Part shown: one piece after another, positions 63,381 to 64,000 of the stretch
Numbering within the stretch: the first letter of the stretch is position 1
Layout of the letters: every line of letters starts with the position of its first letter
Source: Luteolibacter sp.
GTDB taxonomy: Bacteria > Verrucomicrobiota > Verrucomicrobiia > Verrucomicrobiales > Akkermansiaceae
Assembly (NCBI GenBank): GCA_051252155.1
Contig: JBPOGB010000002.1
Span: 297,125 to 361,124, forward strand
DNA: 64,000 bases
Reading direction: 5' to 3'
Translations under genes and position numbers: made by a program
The notes under the pieces: model-generated
Seen by the model: only the letters and a program-made list of their open reading frames with translations
What the model was told of the DNA's origin: nothing
The model's database searches: none

Positions 63381-64000
<620 letters not shown>

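Overview
About 60 genes in a GC-rich bacterial chromosomal window. The content points to Verrucomicrobiota/PVC: two PEP-CTERM proteins, autotransporter-associated beta-strand repeats, a PVC-type heme-binding dehydrogenase, DUF1080 and a RAYT transposase. All calls come from reading the ORF track and the DNA by eye; no database search was run.

Layout:
- 0-6.9 kb: housekeeping genes (photolyase-like partial CDS, hslR, hexose-6-P mutarotase, DJ-1-like protein, PEP-CTERM protein, hemL, pterin dehydratase).
- 6.9-18 kb: nitrite/NO island, nirK(+cyt c)-nirV-sco-nnrS, a small membrane gene, norC(di-heme)-norB-norQ-norD-norE-norF-like, a group III truncated hemoglobin and a 3-Cys Rrf2 (NsrR-like) regulator.
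- 17.9-19.6 kb: an approximately 883-bp tandem duplication that yields two L,D-transpeptidase paralogs. One has lost the catalytic Cys.
- 19.7-28 kb: MYG1, YhaM-like HD/OB protein, a P-loop kinase, an AT-richer islet, a PVC heme-binding dehydrogenase, DUF1080 and a VOC protein.
- 28.3-35.2 kb: a seven-gene MacB-type tripartite efflux module with two Cys-rich accessory proteins.
- 35.2-45.0 kb: a mosaic surface-protein region. An 851-aa PEP-CTERM protein and a 1522-aa beta-helix protein are each bracketed by direct repeats made of fragments of neighbouring genes.
- 45-49.5 kb: a DASS transporter, a 13-bp tandem repeat in a divergent promoter region, and a membrane protein plus pseudokinase-FGE pair bracketed by a dispersed repeat.
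- 49.6-56.6 kb: an MFS-acyltransferase fusion, cysE, a Cys-less Rrf2 regulator and an orphan RND pump.
- 56.6-61.5 kb: the most unusual locus. It is a five-gene operon: a NirB-like flavoprotein/BFD domain fused to a bis-His membrane domain, an 11-heme cytochrome c, a DUF3365 heme protein, a cytochrome c and a globin. It looks like an uncharacterised NAD(P)H-to-periplasm electron-export chain.
- 61.7-64 kb: a HAD hydrolase, a RAYT flanked by REP doublets, and a partial ABC exporter.

No rRNA, tRNA or CRISPR array was seen.
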